From Paraspadella gotoi (Eukaryota; Animalia; Chaetognatha): a DNA stretch of 64,000 nt. The notes beneath the pieces were generated by a model. That model saw nothing but the letters and a program-made list of their open reading frames with translations, did not search any database and was not told the DNA's origin. The DNA is taken from the NCBI GenBank assembly GCA_051294375.1, contig CM119264.1:11073832-11137831 (forward strand), in the 5' to 3' direction. This document shows, in pieces, positions 1 to 12,481 of this stretch (position 1 is its first letter; each line of letters begins with the position of its first letter). The position numbers and the translations under genes are program-made.

Positions 1-325
1 AATGGCAGAACCATTGATGATGGTCCCGTTGAGGGCGGCAACGGCCTCTTCCGCATCTCGCGGATCTTCAAACTCAACGAACCCAAATCCCCCTGAAAAA
101 GTAATATGCCGCAAGATTAAGAAAAATGGTCAACATTAACTGTACAATGTACACTGTACATTGTATAAACATCAAATAAGGTACTGTACCTGGGGCTCTG
201 GCGACGAAGCAGTTTCTCAATTGACCAAATTTAGCAAACGCTTCCTCGACCTCCCTTTCCTGCGTATCGGGCTTGAGGTCACCAACGAAGACTTTACACC
301 CCGGGAGACATTCTTTTCCTGACAT
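1..325 (-). CDS. SR splicing factor, SRSF3/SRSF7 (RBP1/9G8)-like, N-terminal RRM; runs off the window's left edge
   Basis: Exon 325-~190 reads [17 protein letters not shown]...FVARAP. After a GT-AG intron (acceptor ttttcag near 94) it continues [17 protein letters not shown]. These are RNP2/RNP1 motifs plus the EFEDPRDA signature of the SRSF3/7 group. Confidence 0.85.
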
Positions 326-604
326 CTCTTTTTAACTCGTTTTTTATTGTTTTTGACGCAAATGGATAATAAATCTAAGGAATTGGTTAAGAATGAAACA
401 AAATTTTCCCTCAATAGAAATTCAAATACAGAAAAATCTAACTTGAAACCCCCAAAATAATACAGTCGTTCAATTTTTTTTTCAAAATATTTTTTTTTAT
501 CTTTCCTATGAAATTGTCTAACTGAAAATCAGAACAAGCATCTTTTCGGAGAAAATGTATTTTCAATTTCCAACACCACACTTTGCTTCTTTTGGGAATC
601 GCGA

Positions 605-1677
605 TTAAACGGATTCTAGGACGGGGGGCTCGTACCCCTCAGGCCGAGAAACGACCTCGCCCGCTGCAGTTTCCATAGCAACCGCGCCTTTCCCTTCACC
701 GTGAATCTCCAATAGCTTGCCCAGGTCAAAGCGGGGACGTTTGATGACCTGCGAAAACGAAGGCAAACAATATTTATTAATTAGTATATACTATATAGAC
801 AATATAACACTGACAAAAATACCCACCTTCACTTTCTTGATGAAAACGTCGTATAAAGGATAGATGGACTGGCAAGCCTTTTCGATATCCTTGCCGATGG
901 AATCGGGGATGAGCTTGTTTACGGTTTCCTTCAGATCGGATGAACTAACTTCCTTGGTGATGATGTCCACCATTTTTCGGCGTATGTTCTGCAATAATTA
1001 TTACTATGATGACAAACCATTCGATCTTACAACAGGCATTCTCGATTCCGGTTCGAAACTACCTTGACTTGCTGGGTTTGCGCGTAGGAAGTTTTTTTAA
1101 TCTGGTTCTGCCTTTTCTTGGTAAAGCCGACGCTGAACAGGCGAAGCAAGAACCCGTCGGTGGTTTTGACGTCGATTCTCGCTTCAATCATCGTTTGCCA
1201 CTTCTTCACCATGGACCTGTTGACAATAAAAAGCGTGTGTAACTCTGAACGTAGACATGATGCATCCAAACTAACCTCTTCTTGTCGGTGGTCAAAGTCA
1301 TCCCGTGGAAATTAGTCAGGCAATTCCTGCCTTGAACTTCCTCGCAGATGAGGCGGAACTTCCTGAAGGCGACCTCGTCGTTCTGAAGATCGGCGAGGGA
1401 AACCTCGTAGACACGACCCTTGAGACTGTCCGAAGCGATGCGAGTTCCTATGGCGGGAAAATTTAAAAAAAATTTTAAACATCGAAATACACATGAATCC
1501 CTTTATTCGGTACTCACCGGCCGTTTTGTTGACTGGGGTCTTGCAGACGCCACGGGTGTTGAACATAGCCGGCGCTCTCACGTCATACCATTCTTTCCTG
1601 GTGAAAGGATCAACGACCTTCTTTTTCTGTCCTTTTTTTCCTCCCTTGGTAAGGCGCTTGTTCTTCCCAACTGCCAT
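605..1677 (-). CDS. RPS3A: 40S ribosomal protein S3a (eS1), 5 exons
   Basis: [33 protein letters not shown]; [15 protein letters not shown]; [12 protein letters not shown]; [23 protein letters not shown]; ends PPVLESV with TAA at 605-607. Short GT-AG introns. Confidence 0.97.
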
Positions 1678-1956
1678 CTTAACTTTTAATATTTTATTTT
1701 ACCTGATAAAAATTAAAACATACATAACCATGACAACGCAACTGAATCATAAAAACCATCAAGCATTTGATTTCTAGTTTTATTTCGAATTGGGACCAAA
1801 AATTCAAACAACAGCGGCATAAACCGTCTTTTGCTGGGAATAGTTTCTCACGATTAATAGTACCAAAAAAAAATTAAAACTAAAAGTTTATAAACACGTA
1901 ACCTAAAAAATTGGTGAGTCAAGGCAAAAATGAGCTTCCGAGCCAACAAACAAGTA

Positions 1957-3466
1957 TCATTCGATCTTTTTTCGTGCGTCCGTTTCCATCTCATTTTCAA
2001 CCTTTTGGCTTGTTGAAGCCCTTGCCTTGGGTTCATCTCGTTTGAAAAGTAAAACAAGAAGCAGCAAGTGACAAGCGTGAAGAATGTAGCTGCTGTGTAC
2101 TGTCGACGGATAAGTGTTCCAGGAAAGCTCGATAAAGCCCAGTATAAGAAGCCGCAAGCCGTTCGACACGAGCGTTCCTCTCCATAGCAAAAAGTACAGT
2201 GTGTGGTAATACCAAACGTAAAACTGGTAATGAAGCGATCGCGAAAATGTCATGCCGATAAAGTTAGAGGTGAAGAGAACGGCTATCACTTGGTTGAGAT
2301 CAAAGTTAATTTTCGTCGGGTCTTTGAGAAACTCGATCAAACCGCCGCCTCGGGGAAGGCGCGACGAGGCCGTCCACCGGAAATGGGCGAAGACGATAAG
2401 CACAACCAAGTGGCCCGCGAGCAGCGCCGTCTGAAAGTTGCGATCGAGGAACAACGACTCGGGAATGCAACGCCAATTGACCGTCCATTGGTAGAGAAAC
2501 TGGCGACTGAGCTCGAAGGAACGAAAGAGGTAGGCGCGCGGATTGGCGAGGAGAAAGGGGGCGCCAAGAAGCGTTTGAACGACGACGCAGATGGCGAGCA
2601 GAGCGAAGGCAGATCGCCATCCTTTTTTGCTGAGGAGGACGACTCCGAGTCCGGGGGCGAAAAGGAGAACGTTCATCTTGATGGACACCGCGAAGCTACG
2701 TAGTATATAATTATATAGATAAAAGGATTAATTACAAATCTCTACTTCAAAGAGTTCTTGATTTTACGATAATCAACCTCATCAGTTTCTTAAAACTACG
2801 TAATTATAATTAAACGGCTATATATAAAAGAATTTCTCACCTGTACAAAGCACAACCAACAATCAACCATTCGTCGAGTATGAAATTCAGACAGAGAAAA
2901 AAGAAAAACATGGCAACGGGATCGTTAAAGAGGCGCAAGGCAAAGAGGCTGTGGATGCGGTAGGATGTGCAGCACATGAAGACGAAGGCGTAGGGAGGAA
3001 CCGTCTTCGATTTGTGGTAGAGTCGAAAAACGAGGAAGATGAAGACGACGTAGAAAGAGGCGAAAATCCACTGCGCGAATCTAACGTCGACCCCACAAGA
3101 AGTCACGTGATACAAGCCGAGAAAAACGTAGACGAATCCTGCGGGGTACACCAAGGGACCAGTGTCCCCTCGCAGAAGCTCGTAATCCCACGTACCGTTC
3201 CAGAAACCCTCGACTTCCTGCATGTAGGCCTTCCAATCAATCTCGGTGTAAGGCACTTTGGCGACAATGACGACGTTTACGACTATTTCGACGACGATAA
3301 GCATAGCCATGACGACGAGAGGACGCGACGGATCTCGAGTTAAATCGGCAGCGAGGTTGATTAGCTGCGAAGGAGTTTGAGCGTTCTTGCGGAGAAAAGA
3401 TGTCATCTTTTTCCACCAGGAATGTTTTTGTTTGACCACCGGACGGGCTCGGTGCGGTGGTGGCAT
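1957..3466 (-). CDS. ALG3: Dol-P-Man:Man5GlcNAc2-PP-Dol alpha-1,3-mannosyltransferase, 2 exons
   Basis: VPYTEIDWKAYMQEV, GDTGPLVYPAGF, LRLFND, SIKMNVLLFAP, RQFLYQWTVNW, SRSLHYQFYVWY, WNTYPST. C-terminal KKIE is a KKxx ER-retrieval motif. One intron at ~2697-2839. Confidence 0.95.
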
Positions 3467-3789
3467 TTTTTATTATGAAAATCGGAGTTCCTCTCCGAAA
3501 CTAATAAATATAAACGCCTTAATTCTAAACAAATAAAATTAAGCATACAAATCTTAGAAGCATATTAATTGTTTAAAAATTTGGCAGCAATCAACCTAAA
3601 TTGTATTTACCAAAAATACCCCTGAACGACATAAAAAAATTTTACTGGGGTTTATTAAAAAAAAGTAAATTCAATAAAAATATTTAAAATACTACCCCCG
3701 AAACGCGCAAAAGTAATAGGAATAATATCACGGTGCAAGATTAGATATATATGTATATATATTAAACGAAAACGCTGACGAATTTCGAC

Positions 3790-5802
<2,013 letters not shown>

Positions 5803-5957
5803 CGTATAAAACGCATTACGCAATAGTAAAATGAGTTTTGCCGGTTTGACACCTGGAACTATAAAATGTAAACATCCGCAATAAGGTAAAATAAAATATT
5901 TTGCGGTATCAAAACATGAATAATATTTAAAATGTATATGCGTTCGTAAAAGGATTC

Positions 5958-8900
5958 TCAAATGAGTGTGTAAAATACATAACAAAATAGAGCCAATACG
6001 GGCGAAGCAAAGTTCAGTCGTTTCCATTTGCCTATGACGTGACTCATGCTGTATCCTTGGGCCTGTTCATCGCTGTTGTCAAAAGCGACCCCCAAATACG
6101 CCAAATGAAAAACAGCGATAGCTCCAAAAATGAGATTGACTATGGAAACCGAGACACAATATTGCTTGTGCTCATGATCACAATCGTCGCGGCAAGGGCG
6201 CGACCCCACACAGGCGGAGAAGATTCGCGCTAATTTGGCCCGCAGGACGTGTTCAGTGTAAGAATAAAAGCCTAAGGAAAGGAGGACGGCGGCCAGTTGA
6301 AAGTTAAGGCCATGCAATAAACTAGACACGACGTAAGTCGCGAGCAGAGCCAATGCAGTTCCGCACAGAGGACGAGAGGGAAGAAAAACGTAGTGTTTCA
6401 ACCAACGATGCATAGGCATGTTCCAGAATATAACCACTTCTTCGAGCGACCGCGGGAGTTCAACCTTGAAGGGGATGGAGACGGGCGTTGACGCATGACC
6501 GCTAGTTTTAGAGTCCGCTTTTTCTCCGTCGCCGTCCCGCTTTGATTTTGTTTTCGATGAGACCTGGTCAAAGTAGTGTTTTGTCAACCGTTAACGGTTA
6601 AAAATAACTATTAACAGTTTTTCTTCTCTTATTCTCCTCACTCTTTTTTTTCCAAATTCTTCCCCCTCTCGCTCTTTATTTTTTTTCACTCTTTACATCT
6701 GTAAATATTTTTTCTCTCGTAATATATCTCTTATTTTTTCTTCCAGCCATTTCTCCTTCTGTTCATTTCTTCCCCCTCCCTTTTTCCTCCCTTTTTTCTT
6801 TTACCTTTTCATTTTTTCGCCCTATTTTTTTTCTGCCCTTCCACTATTTTTACTTTTTTCTCCTACTTTAGTTTTTCTTTTAACTAATTTTATGCATTTA
6901 AATCAAAAATATTTTTGAATATAACAATACAGTATGATTTTTCTCCATTGTAACATTTCTTGTGGCGATATCTCCCTTCACCCTCCACCCTAGAGACTTG
7001 AATTATGGCTCATTTTGTAGCCCGACGTCTGGCATTGTTAGATCAATCAATTTTTACATAATTCTAATAAGTCTTTAGTATTAACTTCTAGGCCCCAATA
7101 AACAGCAATGAACTCATCATATTGGTCAATCAACTTTTGATTTTTTTACCATTTAATGTCTCACGTAGTCACAACCAATCAAAATTTAGTTAAATTTAAA
7201 AAGTATAGTATGCAAAATGTAGCATTTTGCCTACTCTTCAATGTGGTATAGATTTTATATTAATTTTATGCTCAGGTGTTTAGTAACTTTTCAGAATAAT
7301 AAGGAGATGATTTTTTTATAAAACGTCATTTTAATTTAAAAAAATCATATTTAATATAATATTTAAAGAATCTTATTAAATTGGTAACTTAAAATATTTT
7401 AATTCTTATTCTTTAAAACTTGGTACAGGTTTTATTTTCGTGCATTGAACAATAATAATAAGACTAATGCTTAAAAATTATATTAATACCCCTGATTTAC
7501 ATTTTTTAGCTGTCAGTAGTATTTGGATATTTGAATTAACTTAAATTTTATTTCATTTTAAAAAGAAAAAATGCTACATGTTTATTACCTCATATTTATT
7601 TTCGCTTTAATTTCAAGTACTTTTTAATCATCCGAAAAAATTAGAAAGTTGCATTGATGAAGTTTCAAATTTGACCTCCTCTGAATAGACGGTGACTAAA
7701 TCAAGAAGACTCATTAAAAATATGTTGTATTATACAGAAGGCTTCATATTATAAAATGAGGTACCCCTTTTTTGTGACCAGAACTCGTTCCGAGAAAACA
7801 ACTGGACCAAATTTATTGAAATTTGGAATGAACGATCCCTATGTGAATACAAATAGAACTATCAAGGCGAATTTCAATATTTGACCGCTGAGCCGAGATA
7901 TGGGTCACCCATGGGGGAAAAAAATGGTCAAAATTTTTTTTTCAAATTTTTTCTTGTTTTTGTTTTGAACAGTTGCACAGACGTTTACTCTTCCACAAAA
8001 ACGTACTTATTACCTCAAAAATATTCATTTACCTTAATTTTTAGCTTCATGAACATCAGCAGTTAAAGTCAGATTGGAATAATTTGGGAAAATTGGAGTA
8101 AAACGATGAACCATGCATCTTCAACCATGCTTAATTATTGCATATTTATCGATTTTGATGCAACTAAAAAATTTTGAAAAATGAAAAAAAAAAATTTAGC
8201 ATTTTTTGGCCCTCCAGGGGTCCACCCCCAGGGCCCTGTATCTCTTGTCAGAGGTTGAATATCAAAATTCGCCTCGATAGTTCCATTTATATAGTCATTA
8301 GCACTCTAAATGTAAAATTTTATTAAATTCGATCGGGTAGTTTGGTGGGAACAGATTCTGGTCACAAAAAAGGGGTACCACATTTTATAATATGAAGCCT
8401 TCTGTATATCATTATCTTGTAAGACTAAGAGTGATAGAGGCCAAAGCCTGTCCAAAGTCAGGGGCAAGATAGCTTAATTATTAAATGAATGGATAATTTT
8501 TATATTGGTTGTACCAATTTCACATAATTTTCAAAAAAAGTATTTTCTCATCCTAAAAATTATAATGAAATATAAGATCAAAAACTAACAAAAAACGGAA
8601 ATTGATATCAATTTTTAAAAAAATTCTTTAATTTTTTTTATTCGATCGAAATTCGGTAACGAAATTTCATTTGTTTATTAGCCGATTTTAAAAACGTACG
8701 AGGTTTTGTTCGAGATGTACCTCATCTATCTGAAATTAAAATTTAAAGATAAAGAAAATTCAAGACCCTTAGTGAAAGAGAAGATACCATTAAATATTTT
8801 AGTTTTAGTTTTTTTTTTTTTACTTTAGTTTAAATACTAATATCCTATATTTAAAGTTGAGGTTCAAAATTAACCGATTTTAACGGTTAACCGTTAAAAT

Positions 8901-9905
8901 GCTACTTTTAAACGGTTAACTAAAGTTCAACATAAATTAACGGTTAACGAAACTCTAGGTCAAAGGTTTCGAGTCCTCCGCCGAGTGATAATAGCGATGA
9001 CCGAGAGACGAAGCACACGAAATAATGACTGAAGCGAAAAGAAGCGGCGTCGAGGTAGGCGCGCCGCCATCGAACGAGCGAAACAGGAAGCACGATGGGG
9101 TCCGAGAGCTGAGACGAAAAAACGGAGAAGAAACAGACGGAGCCGAAAAGAAAGAACCAGGAGAGTAGCATCTGAGCGGAGATTCTGAGGAGCCAGAATA
9201 AAGAAAACTTTTTTCGAGACTCAATCAATTTAGAATAATCGGCAAACGAAATCCACGGACCGAATACGATGGTTCCTTGAAGATGAAATCGGAGTTTAAT
9301 TCAAATTTAATTACATTATAACAAACAAAGAACTCACCTGGACACATCAAGTATCCTGCAAATTGCGCTGGACTAGGATTGACGCCATCGAGCGATGACG
9401 ATATTACCCTCATTGCCATGAGTAGAGCCGGGCCCCGCAACCGGTGCCACACTTGATCTTTGATCGCAATTTCGCATATTGAAGCCACGCCCAAAACGGC
9501 GATTATGGCGAATCCCTTGCCTCCTTGAGAAGACACAGAAGGATGAGATGAGAAGAAGAATACGAGACTAGAGTAAAAGGCGATGAGGCAAAGCAGACGC
9601 CAGTCCTCGGGAAAAAAGTAGCGAGAGACGAATACACCGAGAAGGCATGAGAGACAGTGAAGAAACGATGGAGGTATAGGCGTGAAGCCGAATCCCGTTA
9701 GCAAGAGCGTGGACCCAACTAGTAGCAACGTCTTAGGAAGGGACTGCGCGGCAACTGGGTAGCCGCACTCACGCCACAGGTCAAGAAAATAAGGCAGTGG
9801 ATCGGCTAAAACTTCCTCTATCGTAAGAGGTTGAAGAGGAAAATCTTGGTAGTGGAGATTATTATCCTCTTCGAAGTCATCGAACGATGAGAGGTCATTT
9901 TCCAT
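5958..9905 (-). CDS. PORCN: Porcupine, Wnt O-palmitoleoyltransferase (MBOAT); coding sequence interrupted by a 2.4-kb TIR element
   Basis: WHRLRGPALLMAMRVIS, GYLMCPGTIVFGPWISF, SFRFSHYFV, VELPRSL..V..WNMPMHRWLKHYVF, SSLLHGLNFQLAAVLLSLG (catalytic His), LRAKLARIFSACV. Coding segments ~9905-9338, ~9276-8958 and ~6565-5958. Confidence 0.92.
7735..8404. mobile_element. MITE, Tc1/mariner-type, nested in the hAT-like element
   Basis: Near-perfect ~50-bp TIR CAGAAGGCTTCATATTATAAAATG(A/T)GGTACCCCTTTTTTGTGACCAGAA, extending imperfectly to ~150 bp. Flanked by TA on both sides (7733-7734, 8405-8406). Confidence 0.85.
8408..8523. repeat. Fragment of dispersed ~325-bp repeat family
   Basis: CCAAAGCCTGTCCAAAGTCAGGGGCAAGATAGCTT...GTACCAATTTCA, shared with ~32370-32465, ~52250-52660 and (partly) ~60607-60730. 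Confidence 0.85.
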
Positions 9906-10208
9906 TTCTTTCGCTGGATTTCACAAGCGTTTAAAACGCGTTCGACTTTTCACTAAAGAAAAAGGCATTTTTTTTTAAAGAAAAACACTTTCTGGAGCAC
10001 ATTCTGGATCAAGTGAGTTTCAAAAAATCTTTTTGGAGTTTTTCGGCCGGTTTCTGGCGAAACCACTAAAACATCACAATAACAACATTAGTTCTAGACG
10101 GAATTTTATAATCGTCGTAACATCAACATTTTCTATATATTATTCCGAAGAAAGATAATTTTAAGAACCACAATATTGATAAAACAGTTATTCCCTTTGC
10201 CCCTCCGT

Positions 10209-11450
10209 TTATTTCCTCCTGCCCCATAGATCCCTAAACGCTCCCCCGGCAAGGGTTTTTTTCTCCGCCATCTCCTGCTGCTGCTTGGTCCGCGCCTCCT
10301 GCTCCTCGGCCAATCTCCTTTGATTATCCTTGAACACAGCGAGCGGGTTCTCGTGCTGGTTGTAGTGGGCGAGAACGGTTCGTACGTCGTCGACTCCGCT
10401 GTAGGCCATCGTCCGCAAAAAGGCAGCGAGGTCGAGGAGTGTGCGATCGCCGTCCTCCCCCGTCCACCGTTCGATGCCCCTGATTGCGTTTTCTGGCTGC
10501 AGCGACGTCGCCTTCTCGTCCCAATCGACGACGACGACTCGCTTCGGGTCGCGGTTAAGATGAGAAATGTCCTTGTAGTGAACGCCGTTCTTGTATTTAG
10601 TGGCATCACGAAACAACCGATACATGATGTAGCCGTTGGGGTCGAGGTTGTCAATGATGGGGTAAGCGGTCATGGCGTGCTCGCTTGTGAAGACGACCAC
10701 CTCGAAGAGCGGCACGGTGACCTGCTGGAGAAAGTGGTCCACTTGCGGCCTCTTTTTGAAGCGCCACCCGGTCCGGAAGGTCCAGTCAGGATGGACCAAA
10801 ACACCGGTCATTTCCAGGACCAACGTGTAAGGCGGTTGGTAGTAAGGTTCTGTCAACGGGTCGGGCAGGAGTTTGGGACGGCTCGGCTCCCGGATCATCT
10901 CCTGGAAGAGAATGAACTCCCGGTAGGCGCGTTTCAAATACTGCTCCGACTTGGGCAAGTGGGTGAATTCGTCCTCGATCTCTACTCCCTCCTCGTCCCT
11001 CTTGGGGGAGCCCCATTCGTATATGGAGACGCCGCCGCCAAAGAGACCCATTACGGCGATTGAACCGAGGGAGACTTTCCACGCGTTTTTGCCAAACCAC
11101 GACGATTCTTTTTGTTGCGACGAGGACGATGAGGATGAAGATGATGAGCCATCATCCGAGGACGAAGACGACGATTCTCCGGAGGAAGCGGAGGAGGGAG
11201 AACTCTCAGAGGAAACTGTATTAATGCGAGTTTGAAGTATTTGCTCCGTGATCGAAAGAGGAGGAGATGACGACGAAGCTTCGGAGGAAGGGGAAATCGA
11301 GGCTCTCGCGACCGTTTTGGCATATCGTGGCGACGCCTCAGCGTGAGACCCAAACGAACAAGAAAGATAAGGGGCGCGGGAAAGGTTTTCGAGTCTCCTC
11401 GTTTCGCGAAAATGTGAAGATATAGTTTGTATTAACCTGAGTCCGCGCAT
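10209..11450 (-). CDS. TIMM50: Mitochondrial import inner membrane translocase subunit Tim50, intronless
   Basis: Arg-rich presequence MRGLRLIQ..., Ser-rich linker and one TM segment, then EPSRPKLLPDPL..PYYQPPYTLVLE, HPDWT..TGWRFKKRP, YRLFRDAT, KDISHLNRD (NIF/FCP1-like domain). ATG at 11450 preferred over the ORF-track start at 11603. Confidence 0.93.
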   Translation of the reverse strand: MRGLRLIQTISSHFRETRRLENLSRAPYLSCSFGSHAEASPRYAKTVARASISPSSEASSSSPPLSITEQILQTRINTVSSESSPSSASSGESSSSSSDDGSSSSSSSSSSQQKESSWFGKNAWKVSLGSIAVMGLFGGGVSIYEWGSPKRDEEGVEIEDEFTHLPKSEQYLKRAYREFILFQEMIREPSRPKLLPDPLTEPYYQPPYTLVLEMTGVLVHPDWTFRTGWRFKKRPQVDHFLQQVTVPLFEVVVFTSEHAMTAYPIIDNLDPNGYIMYRLFRDATKYKNGVHYKDISHLNRDPKRVVVVDWDEKATSLQPENAIRGIERWTGEDGDRTLLDLAAFLRTMAYSGVDDVRTVLAHYNQHENPLAVFKDNQRRLAEEQEARTKQQQEMAEKKTLAGGAFRDLWGRRK

Positions 11451-12481
11451 TTTACACGCTCGCTTGATAGTTAAAAAACAAAAAAATCTACAAAAAAGTG
11501 TAGAAAAACAATCACCGCCAGACGTGTAAACACCGACTACCTCAAAATAGTTACAGCGCATGTTCACAATATAGTCATAGAAAATTCCCTTATTGATCAA
11601 CACGACATCATTGACAGACTTTAATAAAAAAATTTCAAAAGAACCAAAAAAAAATTTGATTTTTTAGATTTTTTGATATAGTTGGGTATAAAATGAATAG
11701 GAAATATGTTTTGGAAAATTCCATTTCCAATCGGCAAAAAAAAAGACATAAAAAAATAGTAGATCTTTCCGTATTCCTATTAATAAAATTACAAATAATC
11801 GATGGATCGATACGAGGGAAAATTAAAAAGAGGGAGGGAGATTCAAAAATAAGTACATTTACAATACTACAAACGCCAATACTTTTTAAATCGCTAATTC
11901 ATGACTGATAGTTTAGCACACTTTCTTGATACTGTCATCACAAGAGAAGAGCCTACATAAATGATAAATGCACTGTAGAATCCTTCATAAAAAAATTTGC
12001 GATCGTCTGAATAATTTTAAATTGAAAAGTTGATTCTCGTGATGTTATTTACCAGTTTAAACTTTAGATTTTAATGTGGCCATTTTTAAACCAATTTTTA
12101 TGATTTGTTCATAAATTTTTGTGTGCAGGGGGCTAGAGGGCGTGCCGTCAATTTTTTTTTGTTCCTCAGTGTTATTATTTTGCCCCGCACTCGGTAAATG
12201 GAAAACGTATATTATCAAAGCCTACTATATAATACACATAGTAGTTATACAATACAAACTATTAAGCCGTGATAGATTCGAATTAGTTTTCCCCAAAGCT
12301 TTGATTTACTATTGGTATGATCTCGAGACCTCTATAGTTTTTCTAAATCTAGACCGAATCAAATTTCAACATTCGCAACTCGTTATTCCCAATAGTACAG
12401 AATACAAGAAAAAATACAATGAAATGAATGCACCTTTTAAGTACCTATTCTACAAAAAAATTTAAAAAAAGAAAATTAAAT

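Larger units (their letters stand above)
6574..8957. mobile_element. Non-autonomous hAT-like TIR element inserted in a PORCN exon
   Basis: 8-bp direct repeat GGTCAAAG at 6566-6573 and 8958-8965. Imperfect TIR: TAGTGTTTTGTCAACCGTTAA versus right-end reverse complement TAGAGTTTCGTTAACCGTTAA. Repeated subterminal AACCGTTA/TAACGGTT motifs. An 8-bp TSD with TAG termini is typical of hAT. Confidence 0.85.

Noticed and set aside
990-1061. snoRNA in RPS3A introns
   Set aside because: Introns are only ~55-80 nt and lack C/D or H/ACA boxes.
1790-1806. Sm-site-like AATTTTTGG on the minus strand in the ALG3-RPS3A spacer (similar ATTTTTGG at ~3610-3617)
   Set aside because: Expected by chance in T-rich spacers; no leader-plus-donor or snRNA structure seen around them.
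2745-2790. Minus-strand CTGATGAG with a TTGATT/AATCAA stem in the ALG3 intron (hammerhead or C/D snoRNA?)
   Set aside because: No CGAAA closure, no stem I/III and no CTGA D box.
10320-11063. 247-aa plus-strand ORF and similar antisense ORFs over ALG3 and MYCBP2
   Set aside because: Shadow ORFs of GC3-rich real exons on the opposite strand; no recognisable motifs.
11451-11603. 51-aa N-terminal extension of the TIMM50 ORF
   Set aside because: Non-ATG start, AT-rich and crosses a splice-acceptor tract; the mitochondrial presequence begins at ATG 11450.
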